A stretch of DNA of 64,000 nucleotides from an uncultured bacterium (GTDB lineage: Bacteria > Acidobacteriota > Thermoanaerobaculia > Multivoradales > JAHZIX01), in NCBI GenBank assembly GCA_965368975.1, contig CBDUPA010000001.1, forward strand, positions 320,001-384,000. Reading direction: 5' to 3'. Position 1 is the stretch's first letter. Each line of letters begins with the position of its first letter. The position numbers and the translations under genes were made by a program. The notes beneath the pieces were generated by a model. It saw nothing but the letters and a program-made list of their open reading frames with translations, searched no databases and was not told the DNA's origin. Below, one piece after another: positions 1-9,689 of the stretch.

Positions 1-609
1 GCCGAAGTCTTGCACGCCGATCTGGCGGCGCGCCCCCTCGGGCACCTGACTCTGCCCGGCATGGCTGAAGCCGAAGGCCAGGAACTCTACGCCCACGCCG
101 TGCGTCCCGACGACTACTACCTCGCCGTCTTCGAACAGGCTCTGAATCTGCAACCCCGCGTCGCTGCGCTGTACCTTCCCGGTCTCGACATCATCGCCGC
201 CGAGTGGCGCCAGGGTGGAAACGATCAAGGCTCCCTCGCCTACGGTGATCTCGTGCGTCGAACGCTGAGCCAGGTCGACGACCTGCTGAACCGGCACGCG
301 GAGAGTTTCGAAACGGTCGTCCTGGTGCTCGACCCCGGCCGTCGCGAGAGCGCGGAGGGGCGGATCCTCGTGCACCGCCACGACGAGGCGTGCGCCGCCG
401 CCGCGATCAACCCCGAATCCGCCGCCGCCGCCGTCGTGCGCGCGTCCGGTTTGCCGCAGAGTCGCGAGCTGCCCGATCCACCGTCGCTGTGCCCGTGGCC
501 GGATGCGTCGGATGTGCTGGAGAGCTTCGGGGCACGGGAAGCGGAGACCGGGAGGGATACGGAAGACGCGGAGTACCTGGAGAATCTGCGGTCTTTGGGG
601 TATTTGTGA
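1..609 (+). CDS. C-terminal part of an alkaline-phosphatase/sulfatase-superfamily protein (5' end outside the window)
   Basis: Frame is open from base 1. LYLPGLDI and VVLVLDPG resemble AlkP-superfamily core motifs. Ends in ENLRSLGYL, the LxxLGY tail typical of this group. Confidence 0.6.
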   Translation, partial: AEVLHADLAARPLGHLTLPGMAEAEGQELYAHAVRPDDYYLAVFEQALNLQPRVAALYLPGLDIIAAEWRQGGNDQGSLAYGDLVRRTLSQVDDLLNRHAESFETVVLVLDPGRRESAEGRILVHRHDEACAAAAINPESAAAAVVRASGLPQSRELPDPPSLCPWPDASDVLESFGAREAETGRDTEDAEYLENLRSLGYL

Positions 610-623
610 GGTGGATCGGACCG

Positions 624-798
624 CCAGCCACCCTCAGAGGGCGCAGACCCCTGCGCCCCTACAGACCCTCGCCCCCGCCCGAACGTTACGCATGGCACGA
701 GTGTTTTCACTGTTGCGTACGTTTCCGCCTGCGTACCGTTCGGGGGTTTGGGTGGGGCCGTAGGGGCGCAAGGCATTGCGCCCTCCGGGGTGGGTGGT
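624..798. repeat. REPIN-like inverted pair of GTAG-type REP hairpins (left of RAYT)
   Basis: Minus-strand REP 637-662 (reverse complement GTAGGGGCGCAGGGGTCTGCGCCCTC) and plus-strand REP 760-785 (GTAGGGGCGCAAGGCATTGCGCCCTC). Bases 624-700 are identical to 1354-1430. Confidence 0.85.
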
Positions 799-809
799 AA
801 ATTCCAGGC

Positions 810-1322
810 ATGTATCCTCGACCTGGGCGCCATTCCACCAGGCTGCGTGGTTATGACTATGCTGCTGTAGGTGGTTACTTCGTGACGATCTGCACCTTCG
901 AGCGCCAGTGCGTCCTTGGCAACATCACTGAGGCCGGAGTTGCCCTGTCGTTGTTCGGCAAGATCGTTCAGGAAGAATGGTTCGCTTCTGCACGTCTGCG
1001 GCGGGAGATCGAACTGGATGCGTTCGTCATCATGCCCAACCATGTTCATGGAGTTCTGTTCTTGTTGGGACAGCCACCGCTTCCCCCTGAAGGACCCCAG
1101 CGTAGACCTCGGTCCTTGAGCACGTTTGTCAGTGGATTCAAGAGTGCCTGCTCTCGCCGAATCAACGCCCTGCGTGGCACGCCGGCTGGCCCAGTCTGGC
1201 AGCGCAACTTTCACGATCGGATCGTACGAAACCAGGATGAACTCCAGGCAATCCGGAGATACATCGAGGAGAATCCGCTCCGTTGGGCCGTCGATTCGGA
1301 GAACCCGGCATTGAATCCTTGA
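810..1322 (+). mobile_element. REP-associated tyrosine transposase (RAYT, Y1 HUH family)
   Basis: RLRGYDY...YFVTICT N-terminus, HUH motif MPNHVH, WQRNFHDRIVR and YIEENP (catalytic Tyr). Flanked by REP pairs. Confidence 0.92.
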
Positions 1323-1353
1323 ATTTGCGCGGATGTTCCGCGTAGGGACCGTC

Positions 1354-1570
1354 CCAGCCACCCTCAGAGGGCGCAGACCCCTGCGCCCCTACAGACCCTC
1401 GCCCCCGCCCGAACGTTACGCATGGCACGAATGTTCCTGTGCATCTAACGTTGTCAGGGTCGGGCACAGACGAGATTCACGCCCGAACGTTCCGCATGGC
1501 ACGACCGTTTCTGCTCACGTATCGTTCGGGGGTTGGGTGGGGCCGTAGGGGCGCAAGGCATTGCGCCCTC
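1354..1570. repeat. REPIN-like inverted REP pair (right of RAYT)
   Basis: Minus-strand REP 1367-1392 and plus-strand REP 1545-1570. An extra partial internal copy GCCCGAACGTTCCGCATGGCACGA lies at 1481-1504. Confidence 0.85.
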
Positions 1571-1596
1571 TGGGGATGGGCGGGTGTTTGGTCTGC

Positions 1597-3144
1597 TCAC
1601 CGCCACCAAACCGACCGCAACCCCAACAACTCCCCGCTCGGATAGTTGACATACCCCTCGACGTCGGCCGGCATGACCGCGAAGTTCACGCGCGTATACA
1701 GGCTGATGTAGGGCAGGTCCTCTTTCAGGATCTCCTGCACCTCCAGGTAGATCGGCATCCTTTCTTCCGGCAACGTCAACCGTGCCCCTTCTTCGACCAG
1801 CGCGTCGAAGCGTGCATTCCGGTAGTGGCCGCGATTCTGCCCATTCGGTGGTAGTGCGTCCGAGTGCAGCACCAGGCGGTAGATGTTGGGGTCGATGATG
1901 CCGGTGCGGATTAGGGAGAAGAGCTGGAAGTTGCCCTTGCGTACGTCGTCGTAGAAGGTGGCGAATTCGTAGGAACGGATCTCGATGCCGATCCCGGCTT
2001 GCGCGGCCATGGACTGCAGGATCTGCGCTTGCAGCACATAGGGCTCGCTGGTCGACGTCTTGTAGGTCACCGTGAAGCGCATCTCGGGCCCGTCGCCGTC
2101 CGGGTCGGGATAGCCGGCTTGGTCGAGCAGGCGCTTGGCGGTCTCGACGTCGTAGGGGATGGGTTCGAGGTCCGGGTGCCGTGCCCACAGGCCGGGGGGG
2201 ATCATCGTCTCGCCGACCACGCCGAGGCCGTTCCACAGCGTGTCGACGAGCTTCTGCCGGTCCAGGCTGAGCGCCAAGGCGTGCCGCACTCGAGGGTCGC
2301 CGAGAATCGGGTCTTCGAGGTTGACGCCGAGATAGGCGTAGTTGGCGCCCGGGCTCTCGACGACCTGGAAGTGTGGGTTGCGGCGGAAGAGCGGCACGGC
2401 GTCAGTGGAGAGGTCGTTGACCACCAGGTGGACGGAGCCTTTGAGCAGTTCGAGCGCGCGCACAGTGGCGTCGGGGACTTCGCGCAGGAGGACGCGGTCT
2501 AGATGCGGGCGGCCTTGCCAGGCGGCGTCGAAGGCGGCGAGTTCGACTGTCTCGGGGGTGCGCGAGACGAAGCGGAAAGGGCCGGTACCGATGGGGTGAT
2601 CGTTGAGCTGTCCGGAAGTGCTGCCGGCGGGGATGATGCCTTGACCCGGGGTGAATTCCGGCAGCAGGGCGCCGAAGGGTTCGCGCAGGAAGACATCAAC
2701 CGTCAGCTCGTCCACGGCTTCCAGGCGCTCGACCGTTTCGAAGCTGGCGCGCTTGGTGGTGGCGACGGTGTCGTCGAGGATGGAGCCGTAGGTCCACACG
2801 ACGTCCGCAGCGCTGAACGGGCGCCCGTCATGGAAGGTGACACCGGGACGCAAGTAGAAGCGGTAGCGGCGACCGTCGTCGAGGATCTCCCAGGCGGTGG
2901 CGAGGTCGGGGACCAGGTTGCCGGCGGGATCCTTGGTGACCAGGCCGTTGTAGATCAGCTGGAATACTCGTGCGGACGCCTGGTCGGCACCGACGCGCGG
3001 GTCGAGATGCAGGGGAGCGGAGGACTGGGCGACGACGAGACGGTTGTCGATCGGGGGCGCGGGACGGCGATCGTCGAGGCAGGCGGTGGTCAGGAGGGTG
3101 AGGAGGACGAGGGAGGCAGCGACGAGGGACGTTGAGGTGCGCAT
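1597..3144 (-). CDS. ABC transporter substrate-binding lipoprotein, DppA/OppA (SBP family 5)
   Basis: Lipobox-like LTTAC, LVPDLATAWE, LRPGVTFHDG, IGTGPF and DPRVRHAL. Start placed at ATG 3144 (MRTST); the ORF-track extension overlaps the next gene. Confidence 0.92.
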   Translation of the reverse strand: MRTSTSLVAASLVLLTLLTTACLDDRRPAPPIDNRLVVAQSSAPLHLDPRVGADQASARVFQLIYNGLVTKDPAGNLVPDLATAWEILDDGRRYRFYLRPGVTFHDGRPFSAADVVWTYGSILDDTVATTKRASFETVERLEAVDELTVDVFLREPFGALLPEFTPGQGIIPAGSTSGQLNDHPIGTGPFRFVSRTPETVELAAFDAAWQGRPHLDRVLLREVPDATVRALELLKGSVHLVVNDLSTDAVPLFRRNPHFQVVESPGANYAYLGVNLEDPILGDPRVRHALALSLDRQKLVDTLWNGLGVVGETMIPPGLWARHPDLEPIPYDVETAKRLLDQAGYPDPDGDGPEMRFTVTYKTSTSEPYVLQAQILQSMAAQAGIGIEIRSYEFATFYDDVRKGNFQLFSLIRTGIIDPNIYRLVLHSDALPPNGQNRGHYRNARFDALVEEGARLTLPEERMPIYLEVQEILKEDLPYISLYTRVNFAVMPADVEGYVNYPSGELLGLRSVWWR

Positions 3145-3246
3145 GACGTGGCGGGATGCTAGCACTCCAGCAAATCCACCTAGCCCCCGCCGCCGTACCC
3201 AGATAGGATCAGCCACACGTATCCCGCAATCCGATTCTGGAACCCG

Positions 3247-3987
3247 ATGACGCACGCTTTCGACTCCGCTCCTGCTCGCCACCGCCCCGCCCGCCGGGCC
3301 GTGCTGCTCTTTGCCCGCCGGCCGGGTGAGGAGGCGCGCCGCAAGCACTTGACGCGGGGCAAGCGGCTGTTCGAGCTGGGACGCGACCGGGTCTTGACGG
3401 CGGCGGCGCAGCTACCGGACGTGACACCGGTGTTGCTCGGCGATCCGGGGGACGCGACATTGCCCGCCGGGACGCTCGTGCTGGCGCAGCGAGGCCGTGG
3501 CTTCGGGGCGCGGCTCGGCAACGGGCTCGAGGATGCCTTCGCGCTCGGCTTCGACGAGGTCGTGGCCGTCGGTCTCGACGCGCCGTCGCTGTCGGACGAG
3601 CATCTCGACGCGGCGTTCCGTGCGCTGCGCGAGGCGCCGGTGGTGCTCGGGCCTGCCGCGGACGGTGGCGTCTATCTGCTCGGCCTCCGTGCCGAAGCGG
3701 ATCGGGTCGCGCTCTGGCGTGGCGTGCGCTGGCAGACGCGTTTCGTCCTGCGGCAACTGCAGCTCAACGCGCCAGCTCGAGTGCTGCCGCAAGTCTTGAC
3801 CGATGTCGACCAGCGCGCCGACGCCCAGCGTCTCGCCCGTTTCCTGGTGCGCGACTTCGAGTTGCGTGTGGTCTTGGAAGCGCTCTTGGCGCGGCCGTGG
3901 ACCCCGGCTCTCTCTTTCCTGCCGGCGCCGCTCTGGTGCCCCCACCTGCCGCTCTCGCGACGCGGACCTCCCGCGCGGGTTGCCTGA
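3247..3987 (+). CDS. DUF2064 / TIGR04282-like glycosyltransferase-fold (CofC-like) protein
   Basis: LLFARRP, QRGRGFGARL, VGLDAPSL, VLGPAADGGVYLLG and LTDVD match the family pattern. Confidence 0.8.
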   Translation: MTHAFDSAPARHRPARRAVLLFARRPGEEARRKHLTRGKRLFELGRDRVLTAAAQLPDVTPVLLGDPGDATLPAGTLVLAQRGRGFGARLGNGLEDAFALGFDEVVAVGLDAPSLSDEHLDAAFRALREAPVVLGPAADGGVYLLGLRAEADRVALWRGVRWQTRFVLRQLQLNAPARVLPQVLTDVDQRADAQRLARFLVRDFELRVVLEALLARPWTPALSFLPAPLWCPHLPLSRRGPPARVA

Positions 3988-4054
3988 ATCCGCGCTGTTT
4001 CGACCGTCTGACGCATTCCCTCTTTCCGCTATCCGTCGACCTGGAGGTCTTCCC

Positions 4055-7042
4055 ATGCTCGCATCCGTGGGCCGTCCGGCCCTTCGTCTCGCCCTGTCGT
4101 CTCTCCTGACTCTCGCCGCTATCCTGCTGCTCAGTGTGCCAGCCATGGCGCAAGCTAATCTCGAAGTCACCGTGGTCGACGCCGCCGACGGCGCACCGCT
4201 GCCCGGCGTTGCGGTCGCCCTGTTCAACGATGCCACCGGTTACCGCGTCGAGCAGGTGTCTAATGTGCAGGGCAAGACGCGGTTCTCGGCCTTGACCACC
4301 GGTGATGGCTACCAGCTGGTGACGCAGCCGTTCGACGGCTATCGCGAGGCGCGCGCGGAGGCGATCACGTTGCGCACGAACTTTGACAGCGCGGTGACGT
4401 TGCGGCTGCCGCGGGTCGAGACCTTCAGCGACGACGTGCTGGTGACCGCCGAGCGCCAGCTGGTGGCGATGAACACGGTCAACGCGGAGGTGTCGTCGAC
4501 GCTGGTGTCGGAAGAGCTGGAGCTGCTGCCCATCGAGGGCCGGGACTTGACGCGCTCGCTCTACCGGCTGCCCAACGTGACGCAGGCGACCGGCTTCTAT
4601 CCGGAGGCGCCGAACGTGTCGATCAACGGCGCCAACTCGTTGTTCACCAACTACCTGATCGACGGTCTGGACAACAACGAGAACTTCCTCGGCGGTCAGA
4701 AGTTCGCGCTGCCGCTGGGTGCGGTGCAGGACGTGACGGTGCTGACCAGCACTTACAGCGCCGAGTTCGGGCGCACCGGCAATGGTGTCTTCAACGTCAC
4801 CAGCCGTTCGGGCAGCAACGATCTGCGCGGTGAGGCGTTCTACCTCAGCCGGCCCGGTGCCAAGTGGGATTCGTCGTCACCGTTCGCCGGGCGCGACCTG
4901 AGCGGCAATGCGGTGAAGGACGGTTTCCGTCGTGATCAGCTGGGCTTCTCGCTCGGTGGTGCGCTGACCCAGGACCGCACCTTCTTTCATCTCAACGTGG
5001 AAGGCACGCGCGACGAGAAGGACAACCTGCTCAACGTGCCGGCGCTGGGTGTCAACGAGACGGTGCCGGGCGAGAACGAGTTCCTCTACGCCTCGGCACG
5101 CTTCGACCACCGTCTCACCGAGTCGTTGCAGACGTCGCTGCGCGTCAACTGGGGTGATGTCGACATCGAGCGCCAGGGGGGCGGGCTCGACGGCGGCGTG
5201 ACGTTCCCGTCGGCCGGCAACTTCCAGGACCGCGACTCACTGCTCGCCGCCTTTCGCACCAGCTGGGTGGGTCGTGACTTCGTCAATGAGGCGAATGTGC
5301 AGTTCAGCCGCTTTCGCTGGAACTATGGCCGGCCGATCGACGAGGGACCGCAGGTGACGGTGCTCGGGGCCGATGGCCAGACGGTGGCGGTGCTCGGGCA
5401 TCCGGGCTACATCTTCGACGACATCGAGGAGACCTTCCAGGTACAGGAGAAGGCGTCGTTCCTGCTCGGCAATCACACGCTGAAGCTGGGGGCGGAGCTG
5501 ATCTCGTCGGACTTCGAGCTGACCGGTGGTGGCAACGTCAACGGCAACTACCTGGTGCAGCTGAGCGCCGCGCAGGAGGCGGCGCTGCGGGCGCGGAACC
5601 TGGGCTCGTCGCTGAACGTCAACGACATCCCGTCGAACGTCGACGTGCTGCGCTACGACGTCGAGCTGCAGCCGAAGGCGTTCGGCGAGCGGCAGGACTA
5701 CTGGAGCGCCTACGTCGAGGACCTGTGGTCGGTGTCGCCGCGCCTGAATGTGACGCTCGGCCTGCGCTACGACTACGACAGCCTGAGCGAGGGCGGTGGT
5801 GCCAGTGGCGATTCCGACAACTTCGCGCCGCGGCTGGCGCTCAACTACCAACTCGATGACCGCTCGACGCTGCGCGCCGGCTTTGGCGTTTTCTACGAGA
5901 AGGTTGCCTATGCGATCTACAGCGATGCGCTGCAGCAGAACTCGACGTCGGCGGGCTTCCAGTGGCAGGTGCAGCAACTGATCGACCTCGGCTTGCTGCC
6001 GGCGGGCACGAATCTGGGCGACGTGCTGTTCAACGGCAACCTGGTGGCCAGCTTCGACGACGTGCCCTACCTCGGTGGTCCGACACCGGCCGAGGTGCAG
6101 GCGCAGCGCGAGGCCGTGTTCAGCAATGAGCGGCGTATCCTCAACCCGAACGGCTACGACAACCCGGTGACCGAGCAGTACTCGCTCGGCTACCAGCGGC
6201 GGTTGCGTTCGGACATGCTGTTCTATGTCGACCTGATTCACACGCGTTCCTACAACCTGCTACGCCTGCGCAATCTGAACGCGGCGGCGCCGTATCCGCT
6301 CGACGATCCGAACAATGTGGTGGTGCGCACGCCGGCCGAGGCGGACGCGACGCGACCGGTGCCGCTGGTGGACGGTGGTGCACGCAACATCGTGATGACG
6401 GAGTCGGAAGGCGAGGCGCGCTACAAGGCAGCGACGTTCAGCTTCCTGAAGGACCGCACGTCGAAGAGCCCGTTCAGCGTCCGCTTGTCGTACACCTGGT
6501 CGCAGCTGGAGAACGACACGGACGACATCAACTTCCGGGCCCAGGACGCCAACAATTACGCCGCCGAGTGGGGGCCGTCGGTGAATGACCGCGAGCACGT
6601 GGTCAGCGGTTTGTTGCAGTACTACGTGACGCCGGATCTGTCGGTGTCGTTGGCGGGGCTGTGGCAGAGCGGTCAGCCGATCAACCGCATTCCGGACGCG
6701 CGTCTGTACGGCACGACGGACTTGAACGGCGATGGTCGCTCGTTCGGTGACGCCTATGTGGGCAACAGCGACCGCTACCCGGGAGCGTCACGCAATGTCG
6801 ACCGGCTACCGTCGTCGGAAGTGTGGGACCTGGGTATCCAGTACCGGCTGCCGATGGCCGGCAAGCGGATCGAGCTGCGGCTGGATGTGTTCAATCTGTT
6901 CAACGAGACGAATCTCTCGGGCTTCAGCAACAATGCGACGCAGAGCAACCAGATCCAGATCGGGCCGCCGGGGTCGGGGATCGAGTTCAAGAATGCGGGG
7001 CCGCCGCGGCAGTTCCAGATTGGGGTGTCGTATGCGTTCTGA
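4055..7042 (+). CDS. TonB-dependent outer-membrane receptor (Oar-like, N-terminal carboxypeptidase-regulatory-like domain)
   Basis: GGAGG at 4043-4047 before ATG 4055. Signal peptide AMA-QA, plug motifs NYLIDGLDNN and YSAEFGRTGNGV, NFAPRL, C-terminal PRQFQIGVSYAF. Confidence 0.92.
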   Translation: MLASVGRPALRLALSSLLTLAAILLLSVPAMAQANLEVTVVDAADGAPLPGVAVALFNDATGYRVEQVSNVQGKTRFSALTTGDGYQLVTQPFDGYREARAEAITLRTNFDSAVTLRLPRVETFSDDVLVTAERQLVAMNTVNAEVSSTLVSEELELLPIEGRDLTRSLYRLPNVTQATGFYPEAPNVSINGANSLFTNYLIDGLDNNENFLGGQKFALPLGAVQDVTVLTSTYSAEFGRTGNGVFNVTSRSGSNDLRGEAFYLSRPGAKWDSSSPFAGRDLSGNAVKDGFRRDQLGFSLGGALTQDRTFFHLNVEGTRDEKDNLLNVPALGVNETVPGENEFLYASARFDHRLTESLQTSLRVNWGDVDIERQGGGLDGGVTFPSAGNFQDRDSLLAAFRTSWVGRDFVNEANVQFSRFRWNYGRPIDEGPQVTVLGADGQTVAVLGHPGYIFDDIEETFQVQEKASFLLGNHTLKLGAELISSDFELTGGGNVNGNYLVQLSAAQEAALRARNLGSSLNVNDIPSNVDVLRYDVELQPKAFGERQDYWSAYVEDLWSVSPRLNVTLGLRYDYDSLSEGGGASGDSDNFAPRLALNYQLDDRSTLRAGFGVFYEKVAYAIYSDALQQNSTSAGFQWQVQQLIDLGLLPAGTNLGDVLFNGNLVASFDDVPYLGGPTPAEVQAQREAVFSNERRILNPNGYDNPVTEQYSLGYQRRLRSDMLFYVDLIHTRSYNLLRLRNLNAAAPYPLDDPNNVVVRTPAEADATRPVPLVDGGARNIVMTESEGEARYKAATFSFLKDRTSKSPFSVRLSYTWSQLENDTDDINFRAQDANNYAAEWGPSVNDREHVVSGLLQYYVTPDLSVSLAGLWQSGQPINRIPDARLYGTTDLNGDGRSFGDAYVGNSDRYPGASRNVDRLPSSEVWDLGIQYRLPMAGKRIELRLDVFNLFNETNLSGFSNNATQSNQIQIGPPGSGIEFKNAGPPRQFQIGVSYAF

Positions 7043-8375
7043 GATCTTGCTGGGCCGCCGGAGGGGGAGTGCTGCGGGCGGTGCTCCAACTCACGGCGCT
7101 GCGCGCCGCTCAAACAGAAGCGCTCCGTCCTCACACTCCCTCTCCGGCTCCTCACTTCTTGGGGTGATCACTGGGATTCTGCTGTCGACTCTCGTGCTGG
7201 CTTGCGGCCCAGCTCAGGATGAGGGGTTGACGGGGGAGGACGTCTTGGGGCTGCCTTGGGAGCAGGTGGTGGAGGAGGCGCGGGGGGCTTCGCTGACGCT
7301 GGGGATGTGGACGGGGGATCCGTACATCAACGCCTACATCCAGGACTACGTCACACCGGCGCTGCGCGCGCGCTATGACATCGAGCTGGACGTGGTGAGT
7401 GCGCAGGGCAACGAGGTCGTCAACCTGCTGTTGACCGAGATCGAGGCGGGCAAGGCGACGAGTGAGCTCGACTTCGTGTGGATCAACGGCGAGACCTTCT
7501 ACCAGCTGCGCCAGATCGATGCGCTGCTCGGGCCGTTCACGGACAAACTGCCGTCGGCCCAGTACATCGACTACGACAACCCGTTCATCGGCACCGACTT
7601 CCAGCAGCCGATCGAGGGCTACGAGGCGCCGTGGGGCAATGTGCAGCTGGCCTTGATCTACGACGCTGAACGCGTCGAGACGCCGCCGCGCGACGCCGAG
7701 GAACTGGCCGCGTGGGTGCAGGCGAATCCAGGACGCTTCACCTTCGATACCTCCTTCACCGGCATGACCTTCCTGAAGTCGCTGCTGATCGACTTCGCCG
7801 GTGGCCCCGGGTCGATGGACGGGCCGTTCGACGAGGCCACCTACCAGCGGGCGAGTGCACAGTTGTTCGCCTACCTGAAGGAGCTGCAACCGTTCCTGTG
7901 GCGCGAAGGCTCGACCTTCCCGGCGCAGGTGGCGGAGCTGCACCAGCTGTTCGCCCATGGCGAAGTCGACTTCACGATGAGCAACAACGACGGCGAGGTG
8001 GACAACAAGGTGCTGCAGGGACTGCTGCCGCTGTCGTCGCAGGCGTACGTGCTCGACTCCGGGACGATCCAGAACAGTCACTACTTCGGCCTGGTGCGTC
8101 GTGGTGGCAGTACGGCGGCGGCGTTGGTGGCGATCGACTTCCTGCAGTCCCCGGAGGCCCAGTACGAGAAGCTGAAGCCGGCGGTGTGGGGGGACGGCAC
8201 GGTGCTGGACGTCGAGCGCTTGCCGCCAGAGTGGCAGGAGAAGTTCCGCAACGTACCGCAGCGCGAGCGCGCACCGCGGCGCGAAGAGATCCGCGAGAGG
8301 GCACTCGAGGAACCGGCGGCGGAGGTGATGATCCGACTCTACGACGACTTCCGCCGCGAGCTACTGGGGGCCTGA
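7032..8375 (+). CDS. ABC transporter substrate-binding lipoprotein, YnjB-like
   Basis: Lipobox VLAC, DFVWINGETF, EAPWGNVQ, ANPGRFTF, FTGMTFLK and WGDGTVLD. Start uncertain: ATG 7032 overlapping the upstream stop, or GTG 7164. Confidence 0.82.
   Translation: MRSEILLGRRRGSAAGGAPTHGAARRSNRSAPSSHSLSGSSLLGVITGILLSTLVLACGPAQDEGLTGEDVLGLPWEQVVEEARGASLTLGMWTGDPYINAYIQDYVTPALRARYDIELDVVSAQGNEVVNLLLTEIEAGKATSELDFVWINGETFYQLRQIDALLGPFTDKLPSAQYIDYDNPFIGTDFQQPIEGYEAPWGNVQLALIYDAERVETPPRDAEELAAWVQANPGRFTFDTSFTGMTFLKSLLIDFAGGPGSMDGPFDEATYQRASAQLFAYLKELQPFLWREGSTFPAQVAELHQLFAHGEVDFTMSNNDGEVDNKVLQGLLPLSSQAYVLDSGTIQNSHYFGLVRRGGSTAAALVAIDFLQSPEAQYEKLKPAVWGDGTVLDVERLPPEWQEKFRNVPQRERAPRREEIRERALEEPAAEVMIRLYDDFRRELLGA
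7057..7148. repeat. About 92-bp palindromic element (terminal inverted repeats plus inner hairpin)
   Basis: GCCGGAGGGGGAGTG (7057-7071) matches the reverse complement of CACTCCCTCTCCGGC (7134-7148) at 14/15 positions. Inner hairpin CGGCGCTGCGCGCCG. Confidence 0.55.
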
Positions 8376-8380
8376 CTCCG

Positions 8381-9274
8381 TTGGCGTCGCGCACTCAATC
8401 TCGCAACGGGTCGCGCAATAGGGCTCGAGCGCTCGCCGTCCCGGATGTCGTGGGACTTGGGCTGCTCGGGGTCGTGGTGGCGGCGCCGGTGGTGTTCAGT
8501 CTGGTCTACGCAGCGCTGTACAGCCTGGGTTTGACGGGACTGCTGAGTCAGGGCTTTACCCTGGAGCATTGGCGGGCAGTGCTGGGCAGCGGCGAGATCT
8601 GGGCGGCGTTCGGCCTGTCGCTCTACGTGGCGGTGAGCACGATGGTGCTGACGTTCGGCCTGGCGCTGGCGTTGGCGCTCGGTTTGCGCGAGCCGCTGCG
8701 CCACGGGCCGTTGTCGACCTTGATCTACCTGCCGCTGGCGTTGCCCGGGGCGGTGGCGGCGTTCTTCACGCTGCAGATGCTGTCGGGTGGTGGCTTGCTG
8801 GCGCGGTTGCTGGCGGCGGTCGGGGTGGTGGAGGAACCCTCGGCGATGGTGTCCCTGGTGCACGATCGGTTGGCGGTCGGCATCGTGGTGGCGCACGTGA
8901 TCGCGGCGGTGCCGTTCTTCACGCTGCTCTTCGTGCAGCTCTACGATACCGAGCGGGTGGGGGAGTTGCGACGCCTGGCGGTGTCGCTGGGAGCCAGTCG
9001 CTGGCAAACGGTGCTACGCGTCGCGATGCCGGTATTGCTCTATCGAGCGTCGACCAACCTGGTGCTCTACTTCATTTGGGTCTTGGGGTCGTTCGAGATT
9101 CCGTTGCTCTTGGGTCGTCAAGCACCGCAGATGCTGTCGGTCGTCACCTACCGCAAGTTCTCGATGTTCGACCTGATGGAGAAGCCACAGGCCTACGTCG
9201 TGGCTCTGCTCTACACCCTGCTGGTGTTCGTGATCCTGGGAACAGTGTTCGGCCGCCAGGAAGCCCGTTCGTGA
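8381..9274 (+). CDS. ABC transporter permease (YnjC/PotB-like)
   Basis: Multiple hydrophobic segments, EAA-like loop LAVSLGASRWQTVLRVAMP and SFEIPLLLG. TTG start inferred. Confidence 0.85.
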   Translation: MASRTQSRNGSRNRARALAVPDVVGLGLLGVVVAAPVVFSLVYAALYSLGLTGLLSQGFTLEHWRAVLGSGEIWAAFGLSLYVAVSTMVLTFGLALALALGLREPLRHGPLSTLIYLPLALPGAVAAFFTLQMLSGGGLLARLLAAVGVVEEPSAMVSLVHDRLAVGIVVAHVIAAVPFFTLLFVQLYDTERVGELRRLAVSLGASRWQTVLRVAMPVLLYRASTNLVLYFIWVLGSFEIPLLLGRQAPQMLSVVTYRKFSMFDLMEKPQAYVVALLYTLLVFVILGTVFGRQEARS

Positions 9275-9339
9275 GGCAGAACCCCGCTGGCGGCGCCGCG
9301 ATGGTAGGAGCGGGTCATCGTGGCAGATGTTGCAGATAT

Positions 9340-9379
9340 TGCCATGTTGGCTTGGGCGTGCCATGATTTGTTGGGCGTG
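9340..9379. promoter_or_regulatory. Imperfect 19-bp tandem repeat, possible antitoxin operator
   Basis: TGCCATGTTGGCTTGGGCG then TGCCATGATTTGTTGGGCG, about 45 bp upstream of the AbrB-type antitoxin gene. Confidence 0.35.
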
Positions 9380-9422
9380 GATTTTGCTCGCAAAGAAGGA
9401 TCACTTGAGAATGGAGGCCAGT

Positions 9423-9689
9423 ATGATCGGCGCAACATCCCACCAAGTTCGTCTGAGCGGCCAGGGCCGAATTGTCATTCCCTCGGAGCTGCGGCGTCAG
9501 CTCGACCTGGAAAAAGGAGAGACGCTCGTCGCCCGTGCCGAGAGCGGCAGGTTGATCCTGGAGAAGCGTGGCAGTATCCTGCAGCGTCTCAAGGCACGCT
9601 TCAGGGCTGTGCCGGCGGATATCCGTCTCTCCGAAGAACTCATCGCCGATCGACGGCAGGACGCCGCACGGGAGCGTGAGGATGGTTGA
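9423..9689 (+). CDS. vapB: AbrB/MazE/SpoVT-family antitoxin (VapB-like)
   Basis: QGRIVIPSELRRQLDLEKGETL swapped-hairpin signature. GGAGG at 9413-9417. Overlaps the PIN gene. Confidence 0.85.
   Translation: MIGATSHQVRLSGQGRIVIPSELRRQLDLEKGETLVARAESGRLILEKRGSILQRLKARFRAVPADIRLSEELIADRRQDAAREREDG

Noticed and set aside
3988-4054. Riboswitch (cobalamin/TPP) upstream of the TonB receptor
   Set aside because: The gap is under 70 bp and no conserved aptamer motif is visible.
3803-4054. ORF-track N-terminal extensions (3803, 6732, 7712, 11131, 26988, 32183, 51163 and others)
   Set aside because: They overlap upstream genes. RBS, signal peptide and start/stop overlap evidence favours the downstream starts given.
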